Positions 29,383-37,934 of a DNA stretch of 64,000 nt are shown in pieces. Origin of the DNA: a bacterium (GTDB taxonomy: Bacteria > Patescibacteriota > Minisyncoccia > UBA6257 > UBA9933); contig JAJYHZ010000001.1 in assembly GCA_021796335.1 (NCBI GenBank), forward strand, positions 80,360 to 144,359, given 5' to 3'. Below the pieces are notes generated by a model that saw nothing but the letters and a program-made list of their open reading frames with translations, was not told the origin of the DNA and made no database searches. The position numbers and the translations under genes were made by a program. The first letter of the stretch is position 1. The number at the start of each line of letters is the position of its first letter.

Positions 29383-29816
29383 ATGATTATTTTCAAATCA
29401 TTTTTTCTGCTCTAACTTTACTCGGTGTCGGCGGCATTGTCGGCGGGTATATAACGTTTTTGCTTGATAAAAAGAAAGAGTTGGAATTTAAGCAATTAGA
29501 GCAGAAAGAAAAAAGATATAAATCCTGCCTTTTATACATGGATGTTTATTTTGAGCCGAAAAATATCAAATATCTTTCAAGTCGCCAACCAGATATTGAT
29601 AACGCCCAAGATGTCATAGAATATTTAAAAGCTGAATATCACGAAATGTTGCTTTATGCTTCAAAGGATGTAATTTTATCAGTAAAGGCATTTATCAATG
29701 ATCCGACCAGAGAAAATTTTTTGAAGACTGTTTTGAACATGAGGCAGGATTTATGGGTTAAGAAAAATGATTTAGAATTAGATAGTATTCGGATTGATTT
29801 TAAAAGAAAGAATTAA
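29379..29816 (+). CDS. hypothetical protein with N-terminal TM
   Basis: 145 aa; overlaps the previous stop by 4 nt. Confidence 0.75.
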   Translation: MNDYFQIIFSALTLLGVGGIVGGYITFLLDKKKELEFKQLEQKEKRYKSCLLYMDVYFEPKNIKYLSSRQPDIDNAQDVIEYLKAEYHEMLLYASKDVILSVKAFINDPTRENFLKTVLNMRQDLWVKKNDLELDSIRIDFKRKN

Positions 29817-29842
29817 AGGCGGCGTGCCAGTTTTCAACTGGC

Positions 29843-30005
29843 ACGAAATTCGGCGGCGGCGGAAAGCGAGGGCGGGCAAAAATTCCTTCCCCCCAACCCC
29901 CTTCCTTTTTACCCGCCCGAGCGTTTCGGTTTTGCGCGCGAAGCGCGCAATCATTCGGAGTTTTGCTCAAAAAATGTTCGAACTTCGTCCAAAAAACACC
30001 GCCAA
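29843..30005 (-). repeat. repeat B copy 2 (attR arm)
   Basis: exact reverse complement of 27703-27865. Confidence 0.95.
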
Positions 30006-30107
30006 TAGTTTTGGAAAATGAGCAAGTAAAAGTCCTTATTTTACGGCACATTTTAAAAACGAAATTTACAAAAACCACTGAACCCCGAAGGGATTCGAAC
30101 TGAGACT

Positions 30108-30506
30108 ATGAACGACGAAATTCAAAAGATAATAAAGAAGAGCACTTTTAGAGTTGAAGAAGGCAGATTTGTGTATGCTCAAGTTTTAAATGCTCCGAGC
30201 GTAGACAAACACTTCATGGTAAGTAAAGATGCCGATGAAGTCACCGTAGTTACAAAAGAAGAGAATCTGCCAGAATTAGATATCAAAGAACGCAATAAAG
30301 ATTTTTATCGCTTGATTGCGCTAAATGTATCAATACCGTTCTACTCTGTTGGATTCCTAGCAACCATCAGCCAAGCAATAGCTGAACAAGGCATGAATAT
30401 TCTCATCGTATCTACCTATTCGAAGGATTATATTATGGTTAAGGATGATAAGTTGGAAAAAGCAAAGTCGGTCTTGATGGGACTCGGTTTTAAAGAAATC
30501 GGTTAG
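30108..30506 (+). CDS. ACT-domain protein
   Basis: SVGFLATISQAIAEQGMNILIVSTYSKDYIMV pattern. Confidence 0.8.
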   Translation: MNDEIQKIIKKSTFRVEEGRFVYAQVLNAPSVDKHFMVSKDADEVTVVTKEENLPELDIKERNKDFYRLIALNVSIPFYSVGFLATISQAIAEQGMNILIVSTYSKDYIMVKDDKLEKAKSVLMGLGFKEIG

Positions 30507-30676
30507 TTTGATATAGCGGATTACAACGGATTATAGCGGTAATTAGCAAATCTTTTGAGCAAATTTTGGAATATCAAAATAAGCAGGATTTTCTTTGTAG
30601 ATTCTTCGCAAGTTCCGTATAATTTTATCAACACGATAGAATGAAAACGCCCGTACTGGTTCTAACTTCGGGACAT

Positions 30677-30814
30677 CGCCTCCGCCAATTTTTACTTTTT
30701 GTGAAATCGTAAGGAATTGCCTCGGCGCAAAGCGCCTCGGCATGATATTTTTCCGCAATTTTGAAGGCATTTTTGAAATCCAAAACCAAAGTGCGGTTGG
30801 TAATGCGGAAGTTT
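30677..30814 (-). repeat. diverged repeat A with 12 bp of tRNA-Ser 3' end (relic att site)
   Basis: about 14 mismatches in 133 bp versus 25959-26091; cgcctccgccaa identical to 25954-25965. Confidence 0.85.
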
Positions 30815-31032
30815 GAAAAACACCGCAGAATGAGATTTTGAGCGTACACACGCTTAATTTCTTTTTTATCTATCACGTTTTCCACAAGTTCTAACCTCCT
30901 GTGAATATGATTTATTTCTTTTGATATTTTTCCCATCACTAAAATTAACTTTTCAAGCAAGCACTGAATATTTTGTTTTGAAACGTAAATGGCTGTATAA
31001 TAAAAACAAATGTATAGCAAAAATTAATTAAT

Positions 31033-32037
31033 ATGAGAAAAGCAATTATTATTATTATAATTGTGATAGTTGTTGCTCTAATATTTATTATAGTTAAACA
31101 GAATTCCAGAATTAATTCACAAATTTCCAACTCCGCATCCACTGCAGCGAACAATGTTTCTTCGTCGACAAATAACATTCCTTCATCTTCTGTGGGTAAA
31201 ACCGAAGAAAAAACTCTAAACTTCCAGGGATTGGAAAGATATTACCTTATCCATTTTCCTTCCGGATTTGATCCAAACAAAACTTATCCCTTGGTTTTAT
31301 CCCTTCATGGCGGCGGCGGTAATCCGGCGGAATTTGAAACAAAAATGGGCTTCGACGCTTTAGCTGATCAGAGCGGCTATATTGTAGTTTATCCGGCTGG
31401 AACTGGCAGAACAAAATTACTGACATGGAATCCGGAAACCCATATTCAGGTTTATGCGTCCGAACATAACATTGACGATGTCGGTTTTATTAAAACATTG
31501 GTTCAACAGTTGGAAAAAGGCCAAAAAATAAATACTAATAGGATCTACATCGTGGGATATTCCAATGGCGCCATGATGACTCAGAGGATAGCTTCCACGT
31601 ATCCGGATATTTTTGCCGCAGCCGTTTCCGTGGCCGGAACAATCGGAGGTAGAGCAAACGTCAATGCGCCACTAAAAACTATCCAAAAACCGGCAGACCC
31701 GTTCTCATTTATGGAAATTCACGGCATGCAGGATAAAACAGTCAATTATTACGGCGGGCAGACTTCGCCCAGCATATTTTTCAACCAGTCAAACCGGATT
31801 GATCTTTCGGTAGCCGACACAATCAAGTTTTGGACCGATGCCGACGGATGCGCATCTGCCGCTCCGATTGTGACAAAAACTTCGGATTATACAAAAGATT
31901 TTTACGATAAATGCAAAAACGGGACAAACGTCACTCTCTATTCATTGAAAAATGCTACACACGATTCCATTTGGTCCGATCCGGCCGATATCTCGCAGAT
32001 CATCTGGAATTTTCTGAATAATCATATTCGTGGTTAA
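31033..32037 (+). CDS. secreted or anchored alpha/beta hydrolase (PHB depolymerase/LpqC-like esterase)
   Basis: LHGGGG, DDVGFI, GYSNGA nucleophile and HG..D motifs; N-terminal TM. Confidence 0.88.
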   Translation: MRKAIIIIIIVIVVALIFIIVKQNSRINSQISNSASTAANNVSSSTNNIPSSSVGKTEEKTLNFQGLERYYLIHFPSGFDPNKTYPLVLSLHGGGGNPAEFETKMGFDALADQSGYIVVYPAGTGRTKLLTWNPETHIQVYASEHNIDDVGFIKTLVQQLEKGQKINTNRIYIVGYSNGAMMTQRIASTYPDIFAAAVSVAGTIGGRANVNAPLKTIQKPADPFSFMEIHGMQDKTVNYYGGQTSPSIFFNQSNRIDLSVADTIKFWTDADGCASAAPIVTKTSDYTKDFYDKCKNGTNVTLYSLKNATHDSIWSDPADISQIIWNFLNNHIRG

Positions 32038-32048
32038 ATCATTAAAAA

Positions 32049-32405
32049 ATGAAAAAAATTAAAAACCTGAACGAATATCAAAAACTGGCGAAAACGACTG
32101 CTAAAAAGTTTAAAAATAGAGATCTTGAAATTATGACATGGGGATTGGGAATTACGGGAGAAGCTGGGGATATTGCCGGGTGTATTAAAAAAACTATTGC
32201 CCACAACAATGATCAGACAGCCGGTATAAGGGAAAATGTCGGTGACACTCTTTGGTATGCGGCAATGATATGTAATTATTATAACTGGGATTTCGATGAT
32301 ATTTTGAAAGAAAATATTCAAAAACTTAGACAAAGACATCCCAGAGGATTTACCATCAAAACTGCCCGTCGGAAGGGGACAAGAATAGATTGGAACGAAA
32401 AATGA
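32049..32405 (+). CDS. MazG-like nucleotide pyrophosphohydrolase
   Basis: LNEYQ..GITGEAGDI..ENVGDTLWY..NIQKL pattern. Confidence 0.88.
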   Translation: MKKIKNLNEYQKLAKTTAKKFKNRDLEIMTWGLGITGEAGDIAGCIKKTIAHNNDQTAGIRENVGDTLWYAAMICNYYNWDFDDILKENIQKLRQRHPRGFTIKTARRKGTRIDWNEK

Positions 32406-32438
32406 AATTTGTTATTCCCATTAAATTAAATAGAAAAC

Positions 32439-32879
32439 ATGGAAAACAACATTGAAAATGAATCATATAAAAAACTTAAAAAATTAATTGAATTAGCCGT
32501 ATTAAATACCGGTGAAAGTTGGGATGCTATTGATGAAGAATTGCCGCAATGCGCCAATGATGAATCATTTTTAAATTGGGCAAGATTAAATTTAAATAAT
32601 GAAAATTCCGGATTACGTGATCTATCCGCCACCGTTTTGGAAAAATCAAATTGCAACCTGGTTGACGAGAATATTAAAAATCTTGAAGTATTAATGAACG
32701 AAGACGACGAAAATCCCTATCCTAGCTTCAGGGCTGCCTGCGCTCTGGCATCACGATATCCCGATAAGAGAATAAAAGCGATTGACAATGAAATCCTTGC
32801 CAGGTTAAATGAATTTATTTCCGATACCAGCGTCGGCGATATTGCCAAAAAATACATAAATAAAATTAAACCCAAGTGA
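32439..32879 (+). CDS. hypothetical protein (helical, HEAT-like)
   Basis: 146-aa ORF. Confidence 0.65.
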   Translation: MENNIENESYKKLKKLIELAVLNTGESWDAIDEELPQCANDESFLNWARLNLNNENSGLRDLSATVLEKSNCNLVDENIKNLEVLMNEDDENPYPSFRAACALASRYPDKRIKAIDNEILARLNEFISDTSVGDIAKKYINKIKPK

Positions 32880-32937
32880 AATTTTTCTGGAAAAATCATA
32901 AATTGTAAAAAGGATACCCATTTGGTATCCTTTTCAA

Positions 32938-33711
32938 ATGTCATCCAAAACCCAGATAAAAAGCATTACTTTTTTATTTGTTTTATGGCTTATTATGGCC
33001 GCTTTGGGATTATTCCAATATAAATTCATTTCTCAATCATTCGTATCCCTTCTTGCGAGAATTCTGATATTCGTTACCTCGGGATTTTATCTTTTGATAT
33101 CTTATATCGGCAGAAAAAATATTTGGATTGCAATTTTTGCCTTGATTCTCATTATTTTTAATCCGTTTTATTCTATAATGGTCTTTAATCCGCTTGCCTT
33201 AAAAATTGCGTACATCCTGATTGCCTTAATTTCCGCGGGATTTATAATAGGCTATTACAACTCTTATCACAAGGGAGTTTTATTTGAGGAGTTCGTCGCC
33301 GAACGTTTTCCGGACGGCATCTGGACTATAGTTGACAGGACAAAAGATTCTACCAAAAAACTCGGCCGCAGGGTTGAGTCAGACCAGAATCCCGATTTTA
33401 TATTCCGGCACAATACGGCGGACAAAAAAATCGCGGTTGAATGCAAGTTTCGTTCTTATTTTTATAAAAACGGAATTGAAATTTTAAAAAATCAATTGGA
33501 AAATTATAAAAATTTTTCACAAAAAGAAAACATTCCCGTGCTTATTGCTGTTGGAATCGGGAATAGTCCCAAAAGTCCGAACAGATTTTTTATTATTCCC
33601 CTAGAGAAAGCCGAAAATTTGCTTGATCCGGTTTCCGGAGCAATCCCTAAATCAAAATTAAAAGAATTTGAAATCGATTCAAAGAAAGAATTCGTGAAAC
33701 CGGAAATTTAG
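32938..33711 (+). CDS. membrane protein with C-terminal PD-(D/E)XK nuclease-like domain
   Basis: 4 TM followed by G..FEE..PDF..AVECKFR..Q. Confidence 0.7.
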   Translation: MSSKTQIKSITFLFVLWLIMAALGLFQYKFISQSFVSLLARILIFVTSGFYLLISYIGRKNIWIAIFALILIIFNPFYSIMVFNPLALKIAYILIALISAGFIIGYYNSYHKGVLFEEFVAERFPDGIWTIVDRTKDSTKKLGRRVESDQNPDFIFRHNTADKKIAVECKFRSYFYKNGIEILKNQLENYKNFSQKENIPVLIAVGIGNSPKSPNRFFIIPLEKAENLLDPVSGAIPKSKLKEFEIDSKKEFVKPEI

Positions 33712-33802
33712 TTTAGGGAAAATCGGTATCAGTAAAATCCTTAATTTTATTAATTGTATTAGATAATACTCTAATTAAATTTAACTGGAGATGATTTAAA
33801 AT

Positions 33803-33942
33803 AAAAAGCCGCATAGCGGCTTTATAAATGGAAGTCTTAGCTCTCTCCATCGGAGAGAGCCGGGGATTACTTCCACTCTAACCGGAAAGATTCCTGTACC
33901 CCGTAGGGAATCTCTCCAAACATAAAAATTCAAGGTGCTGTT
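33803..33942 (-). ncRNA. candidate structured small RNA
   Basis: TTGATA-N16-TAAAAT promoter, two long GC hairpins, terminator with U-tail on the minus strand. Confidence 0.4.
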
Positions 33943-34028
33943 ACTGTAATTTTATCAAGCGCAATTAAATTATCAAGAACTGAAAAATTTTGCGATTATT
34001 CGGAAATTATGATAAATTATTCACTAAT

Positions 34029-35171
34029 ATGCCTCAGAATATTATTGTAAATAAAGACGAAGAAATCCGCCTGAAAAAAGAACTTGAAAAACGGAATGAT
34101 TTCGAAGCCTTAAGGATTAAAAGGTATTTAAATATGCCCGATTTGTCGCGAACTGAAGATAGTCCCATCCATGAGATCGTTCAACGAATAATCGCTCATC
34201 CCTATTTCAATGGCCTGGATATTATTCAGACTCCGGAAATCGTTCCGGCCAATATTAGTTTCGATTTATTTGATTTTCCCGCTGATCATCCGGCTCGCAG
34301 CAAATCCGACACCTATTACATTGATGATAAAAATATCTTGCGCACCCACACAACCGTAATGTGGTATTATTACTTGCGGGAAAATGACATCAAGAATCGC
34401 GTCGCGAACAATCAGCCTGTCGGCTGTTTCAGTTTCGGCAAGGTCTACCGCAAAGATGAAATTGATCGGCGCCACATGAACGTTTTTCATCAAATTGACG
34501 GATGGTATCTTTCTCCGAAGCCGCTGAAAACCATAACCCAGAAAGATTTGGAAGATGCGCTTGGAAATATTGCGTCTGCGGTATTCGGTCCGAACGTTAA
34601 ATATCGCCTCAATAATGATACGTTTCCGTACACAGATCCTTCTCTTGAAATGGAAGTCGAAATCGGCGGAAGATGGGTCGAAGTTGTCGGTTGTGGAGTT
34701 GTTAAAGGCAGCGTTTTGGAAAAACTCGGCGTGGATTCCAAAAATTACACCGGCTGGGCGTTCGGTTTCGGGCTGGAAAGATTGGCTATTAGCAGTATGG
34801 ATTTGCCCGATATCAGATTACTGTGGTCAGAAGATCCGCGCGTTACCAAACAGCTTAAACTCGGAAAGAAATTTGTTGAAGTCAGCAAATATCCGCCGAT
34901 TACTCGCGATATTTCTTTTGTCGTTGATAGTGATTTCATACCGAACGATTATTTTGATTTAATCCGCGAAATCGGAGGAAATTTGGTTGAGCAGGTAGAG
35001 CTTTTAGATAAATATGAAAATAAGGAAAAGTTTGGCCCTGGAAAAATAAGTTATACCTACAGAATTGTCTACAGAAGTCCAGAACGAACCCTTAAGTCGG
35101 AAGAAGTGGATCCGCTGCAGGAAAATTTATATAAGCAAACGGGGAAAGTTTACAACGCGCAAATCAGGTAA
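34029..35171 (+). CDS. pheS: phenylalanyl-tRNA synthetase, single-chain (alpha catalytic domain plus anticodon-binding domain)
   Basis: HPARSKSDTYY, LRTHT, FPYTDPS and GWAFGFGLERLA motifs, then YPPITRDISF..YRIVYRS.ERTL. Confidence 0.92.
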   Translation: MPQNIIVNKDEEIRLKKELEKRNDFEALRIKRYLNMPDLSRTEDSPIHEIVQRIIAHPYFNGLDIIQTPEIVPANISFDLFDFPADHPARSKSDTYYIDDKNILRTHTTVMWYYYLRENDIKNRVANNQPVGCFSFGKVYRKDEIDRRHMNVFHQIDGWYLSPKPLKTITQKDLEDALGNIASAVFGPNVKYRLNNDTFPYTDPSLEMEVEIGGRWVEVVGCGVVKGSVLEKLGVDSKNYTGWAFGFGLERLAISSMDLPDIRLLWSEDPRVTKQLKLGKKFVEVSKYPPITRDISFVVDSDFIPNDYFDLIREIGGNLVEQVELLDKYENKEKFGPGKISYTYRIVYRSPERTLKSEEVDPLQENLYKQTGKVYNAQIR

Positions 35172-35282
35172 ATAATCGTCCCAAGTTGATTATCAGGGAA
35201 AAAATAATTCGGAACGCGGCAATTTACATTTAAATTTAAAGAATTCAAATTTAAATGTAAAAACTGTTGTTCTATTATCAGG

Positions 35283-35648
35283 ATGTCTGAAGAATCATTA
35301 GGCCCAATTTCGGATACAAATTCCAATCAGGAAAAAGAAGATGCGCTTGAAGAAGTTTTGAAAGGCGTGAATACCGGTCTAGCGCAGGCAAAAACAAAGC
35401 TTGTCGATTTGAAAGCCATTCTGCTCAATCTTTTGGAATCGAACCTTTTCGCTTCGGAAGCCACTTATTACGAAAATTACGGGGAAGCCATTGAAAATAT
35501 TGAAAAAAATATCGAAAGAACGGAAAAAATTATAAGCGATATGGAAACCGTAAAATCGAAACTGGAGGTATCTGTAGAAGAATTGAAAAAGCTTAATGGA
35601 GAGATGGTTAATCTTCTCGATCAGTATAAATCCGGACAAGCGCGATGA
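35283..35648 (+). CDS. hypothetical coiled-coil protein
   Basis: 121-aa E/K-rich ORF. Confidence 0.65.
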   Translation: MSEESLGPISDTNSNQEKEDALEEVLKGVNTGLAQAKTKLVDLKAILLNLLESNLFASEATYYENYGEAIENIEKNIERTEKIISDMETVKSKLEVSVEELKKLNGEMVNLLDQYKSGQAR

Positions 35649-36106
35649 TAAACACTCCGCATCTTTTGGCCGGAGCCGCTATTGGCTCCGAAATTCATAA
35701 TCCCTGGATTGTCGCAATTGCAGCCATAATTTCTCATTTTATTTTAGATTCAGTTCCTCATGCCGAATATAACATAGATGGAGTTAAAGACGGTAAAATA
35801 GACAAGCGGTTTATAAAAGATTTTGTCAAAATTTTACTTGATTTATTTTTCGGGTTGACTTTAATAGTGTTGTTTGCGTACAAATCTCCTTATTTCAATT
35901 ATATTATTGAGGGCGCTTTATTCGGAATTTTTCCCGATTTTTTGCTTTTTATCACCTATATTTTCCCGCTGAAATTATTGAAAACTATCGCCGAATTCCA
36001 TTACAAAATTCACTGGTTTTTGGGGAAAAAGATTTCAGGAAATATTTTGGTAATGAGTCAGGTGATTTTCTCTGCTGTATTTATATTGCTTTTAATCGAA
36101 CATTAA
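35645..36106 (+). CDS. membrane protein, metal-dependent hydrolase-like
   Basis: PHLLAGAA..SHFILDSVPH..PD..H...H pattern. Confidence 0.75.
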   Translation: MINTPHLLAGAAIGSEIHNPWIVAIAAIISHFILDSVPHAEYNIDGVKDGKIDKRFIKDFVKILLDLFFGLTLIVLFAYKSPYFNYIIEGALFGIFPDFLLFITYIFPLKLLKTIAEFHYKIHWFLGKKISGNILVMSQVIFSAVFILLLIEH

Positions 36107-37149
36107 GGATGAAAGAAAAATGCCACGGCAATTATTATATAAGCCGTCAAAAGTTGGGCTCCTTCCAGCCAATTGCTTTCGCCGTCTTCTACAATCAAAT
36201 TGGCGATCATAACCGAAAGGACAATCGCTATAAGCTCAAACGGGTTGAATATAAGGCTCATCTGATTTCTAAAAAACAAACTTACCAAAACCAATATCGG
36301 AGCGATTAAAATCGCGATTTGGGTCGCCGACCCTATTGAAATTTGCAGGGCCAAGTCCATCCTGTTTTTAACTGCCATTGTTATCGCTGAGACATGCTCT
36401 GCGGCATTTCCGATTATCGCCACAAAAATAACACCGATAAAAAGCTCGGTCCATCCCAGATTTTTAACTACCGGTTCGATTGATCCCACTAGGATTTCGC
36501 TCATCCAGGCGACAGCTATAGTTGAAGCCAAGAGAATAATAATGCTTTTAGTTTTACTCCACTTAACTTCCGTTTTGCCAACTTCTTCAACATATAAATG
36601 TTTGTGAGTCTTCAGTGAAAACAAAATATTTCCGATATAAATTATTATCAATAAAATCGAGACCACGATACTTAATTCTTCAATAATTCTGCTTCCCGCA
36701 GTCGGCGCAGTTTGCAGAAAAATCGCTGGAATTACTAATGCGATGACAGTTAAAAGCAATGTGGATGCGCTTGCCATCGCGGCTGTTCTATTAAATTCCT
36801 GCTTTTTAAACTTTATGCCGCCCACAAACATTGCCGTTCCCAAAACCAAAAGAAGGTTCCCAATAATGGATCCGGTGATGGATGCTTTTACAACCTGAAT
36901 CAGTCCTGCTCTTATAGCAAAAATACTGATAATCAATTCCGTGGCATTTCCGAATGTCGCGCTCAAAAGTCCGCCAAAAGCCGGACCGCTATATGTGGCT
37001 AGTTCATCGGTTGCTTCGCCGATATATTTAGCCAGAGGAACGATAGAGAGAGCCGATATAAAAAATATTAAAAGAGGGGAAAGGTGCAAATAATTTGCGA
37101 TTAATGCCGCTGGAATAAAAATCAAAAATCCGGAAAATAATTTATCCAT
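36103..37149 (-). CDS. cax: Ca2+/H+ antiporter (CAX family)
   Basis: ATFGNATEL and GNAAEH alpha-repeats. Confidence 0.93.
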   Translation of the reverse strand: MDKLFSGFLIFIPAALIANYLHLSPLLIFFISALSIVPLAKYIGEATDELATYSGPAFGGLLSATFGNATELIISIFAIRAGLIQVVKASITGSIIGNLLLVLGTAMFVGGIKFKKQEFNRTAAMASASTLLLTVIALVIPAIFLQTAPTAGSRIIEELSIVVSILLIIIYIGNILFSLKTHKHLYVEEVGKTEVKWSKTKSIIILLASTIAVAWMSEILVGSIEPVVKNLGWTELFIGVIFVAIIGNAAEHVSAITMAVKNRMDLALQISIGSATQIAILIAPILVLVSLFFRNQMSLIFNPFELIAIVLSVMIANLIVEDGESNWLEGAQLLTAYIIIAVAFFFHP

Positions 37150-37168
37150 TGCTGTAATTCTGGTTGGC

Positions 37169-37576
37169 TTAATATAATTTTACTTTTCCCTCATTATCCA
37201 ATATTAATAATTCGGTTTCAATTGAAAGTTGTGGAAAACTTTTTTGAATAATTTCTTTAGCTTTTGCAAGTTCGTTTCCATGAAACTTAATTTCTTCTTT
37301 GGATGAACCGAATTCCTTACTGCCGCCATAAGCTCCGCAATCAATATGATTTGTTAGAATAATTTTTTGTGAATTGTGTAATTTCATTGAAATTCTGATA
37401 TTTTCCAAAAGTGCGGTTCGGTCTTCTTCTTCCAGCGGAGAGGTTAAATTTTTACTTGATCCGGCAATTTCAATCAAATCAAAATCGCCGTATTTATCGC
37501 GTAAAAGAGGAAGCGCTTGCGGCCAAAATCGGTAATCAATGCACGACAAAACGATTGACAAATCATTTTTCCCCAT
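37169..37576 (-). CDS. beta-carbonic anhydrase-like protein
   Basis: SCIDYR and NHIDCGAY Zn ligands. Confidence 0.8.
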   Translation of the reverse strand: MGKNDLSIVLSCIDYRFWPQALPLLRDKYGDFDLIEIAGSSKNLTSPLEEEDRTALLENIRISMKLHNSQKIILTNHIDCGAYGGSKEFGSSKEEIKFHGNELAKAKEIIQKSFPQLSIETELLILDNEGKVKLY

Positions 37577-37620
37577 TGAAAAATCTTAACAAAAAATGCT
37601 AATATTTTAAATAATTTAAG

Positions 37621-37692
37621 GGCCGCGTAGCCAAGTGGTAAGGCGAGAGTCTGCAAAACTCTTATGCGTGAGTTCAATTCTCACCGCGGCCT
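37621..37692 (+). tRNA. tRNA-Cys(GCA)
   Basis: cloverleaf; anticodon loop CTGCAAA; U discriminator. Confidence 0.95.
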
Positions 37693-37739
37693 CAAAACTA
37701 ACTGACTAATGATTAACTAATCGGTTATTTGAATACTAT

Positions 37740-37825
37740 GCCCGGGTGGTGAAATGGTATACACGAAGGACTTAAAATCCTTTGCTCGAAAGGGCGTGTG
37801 GGTTCGAGTCCCACCCCGGGCACCA
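37740..37825 (+). tRNA. tRNA-Leu(TAA)
   Basis: cloverleaf with variable arm; anticodon loop CTTAAAA; ends CCA. Confidence 0.96.
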
Positions 37826-37934
37826 CAATCAAACTTTCAGGAATTTTCCCGACCGATTCGGCCGCGCGAAGCGCGCCGTCAGTCCCGCTCGAAAAAGGTT
37901 CGGATTTTATCAAACAAACATACTGTTCACTGTT

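Larger units (their letters stand above)
25959..30005. mobile_element. serine-recombinase integrative element at tRNA-Ser with an internal inverted attP-like site
   Basis: CCGCCAA core at 25959 and 29999 (direct) and 27703 (inverted); perfect inverted repeats A (133 bp) and B (163 bp). Confidence 0.85.

Noticed and set aside
25959-30814. A copies as a DGR template/variable repeat pair
   Set aside because: Mismatches are not adenine-specific and no reverse transcriptase is in the window
33829-33990. T-box riboswitch upstream of pheS
   Set aside because: No T-box consensus on the plus strand; promoter and terminator polarity point to the minus strand
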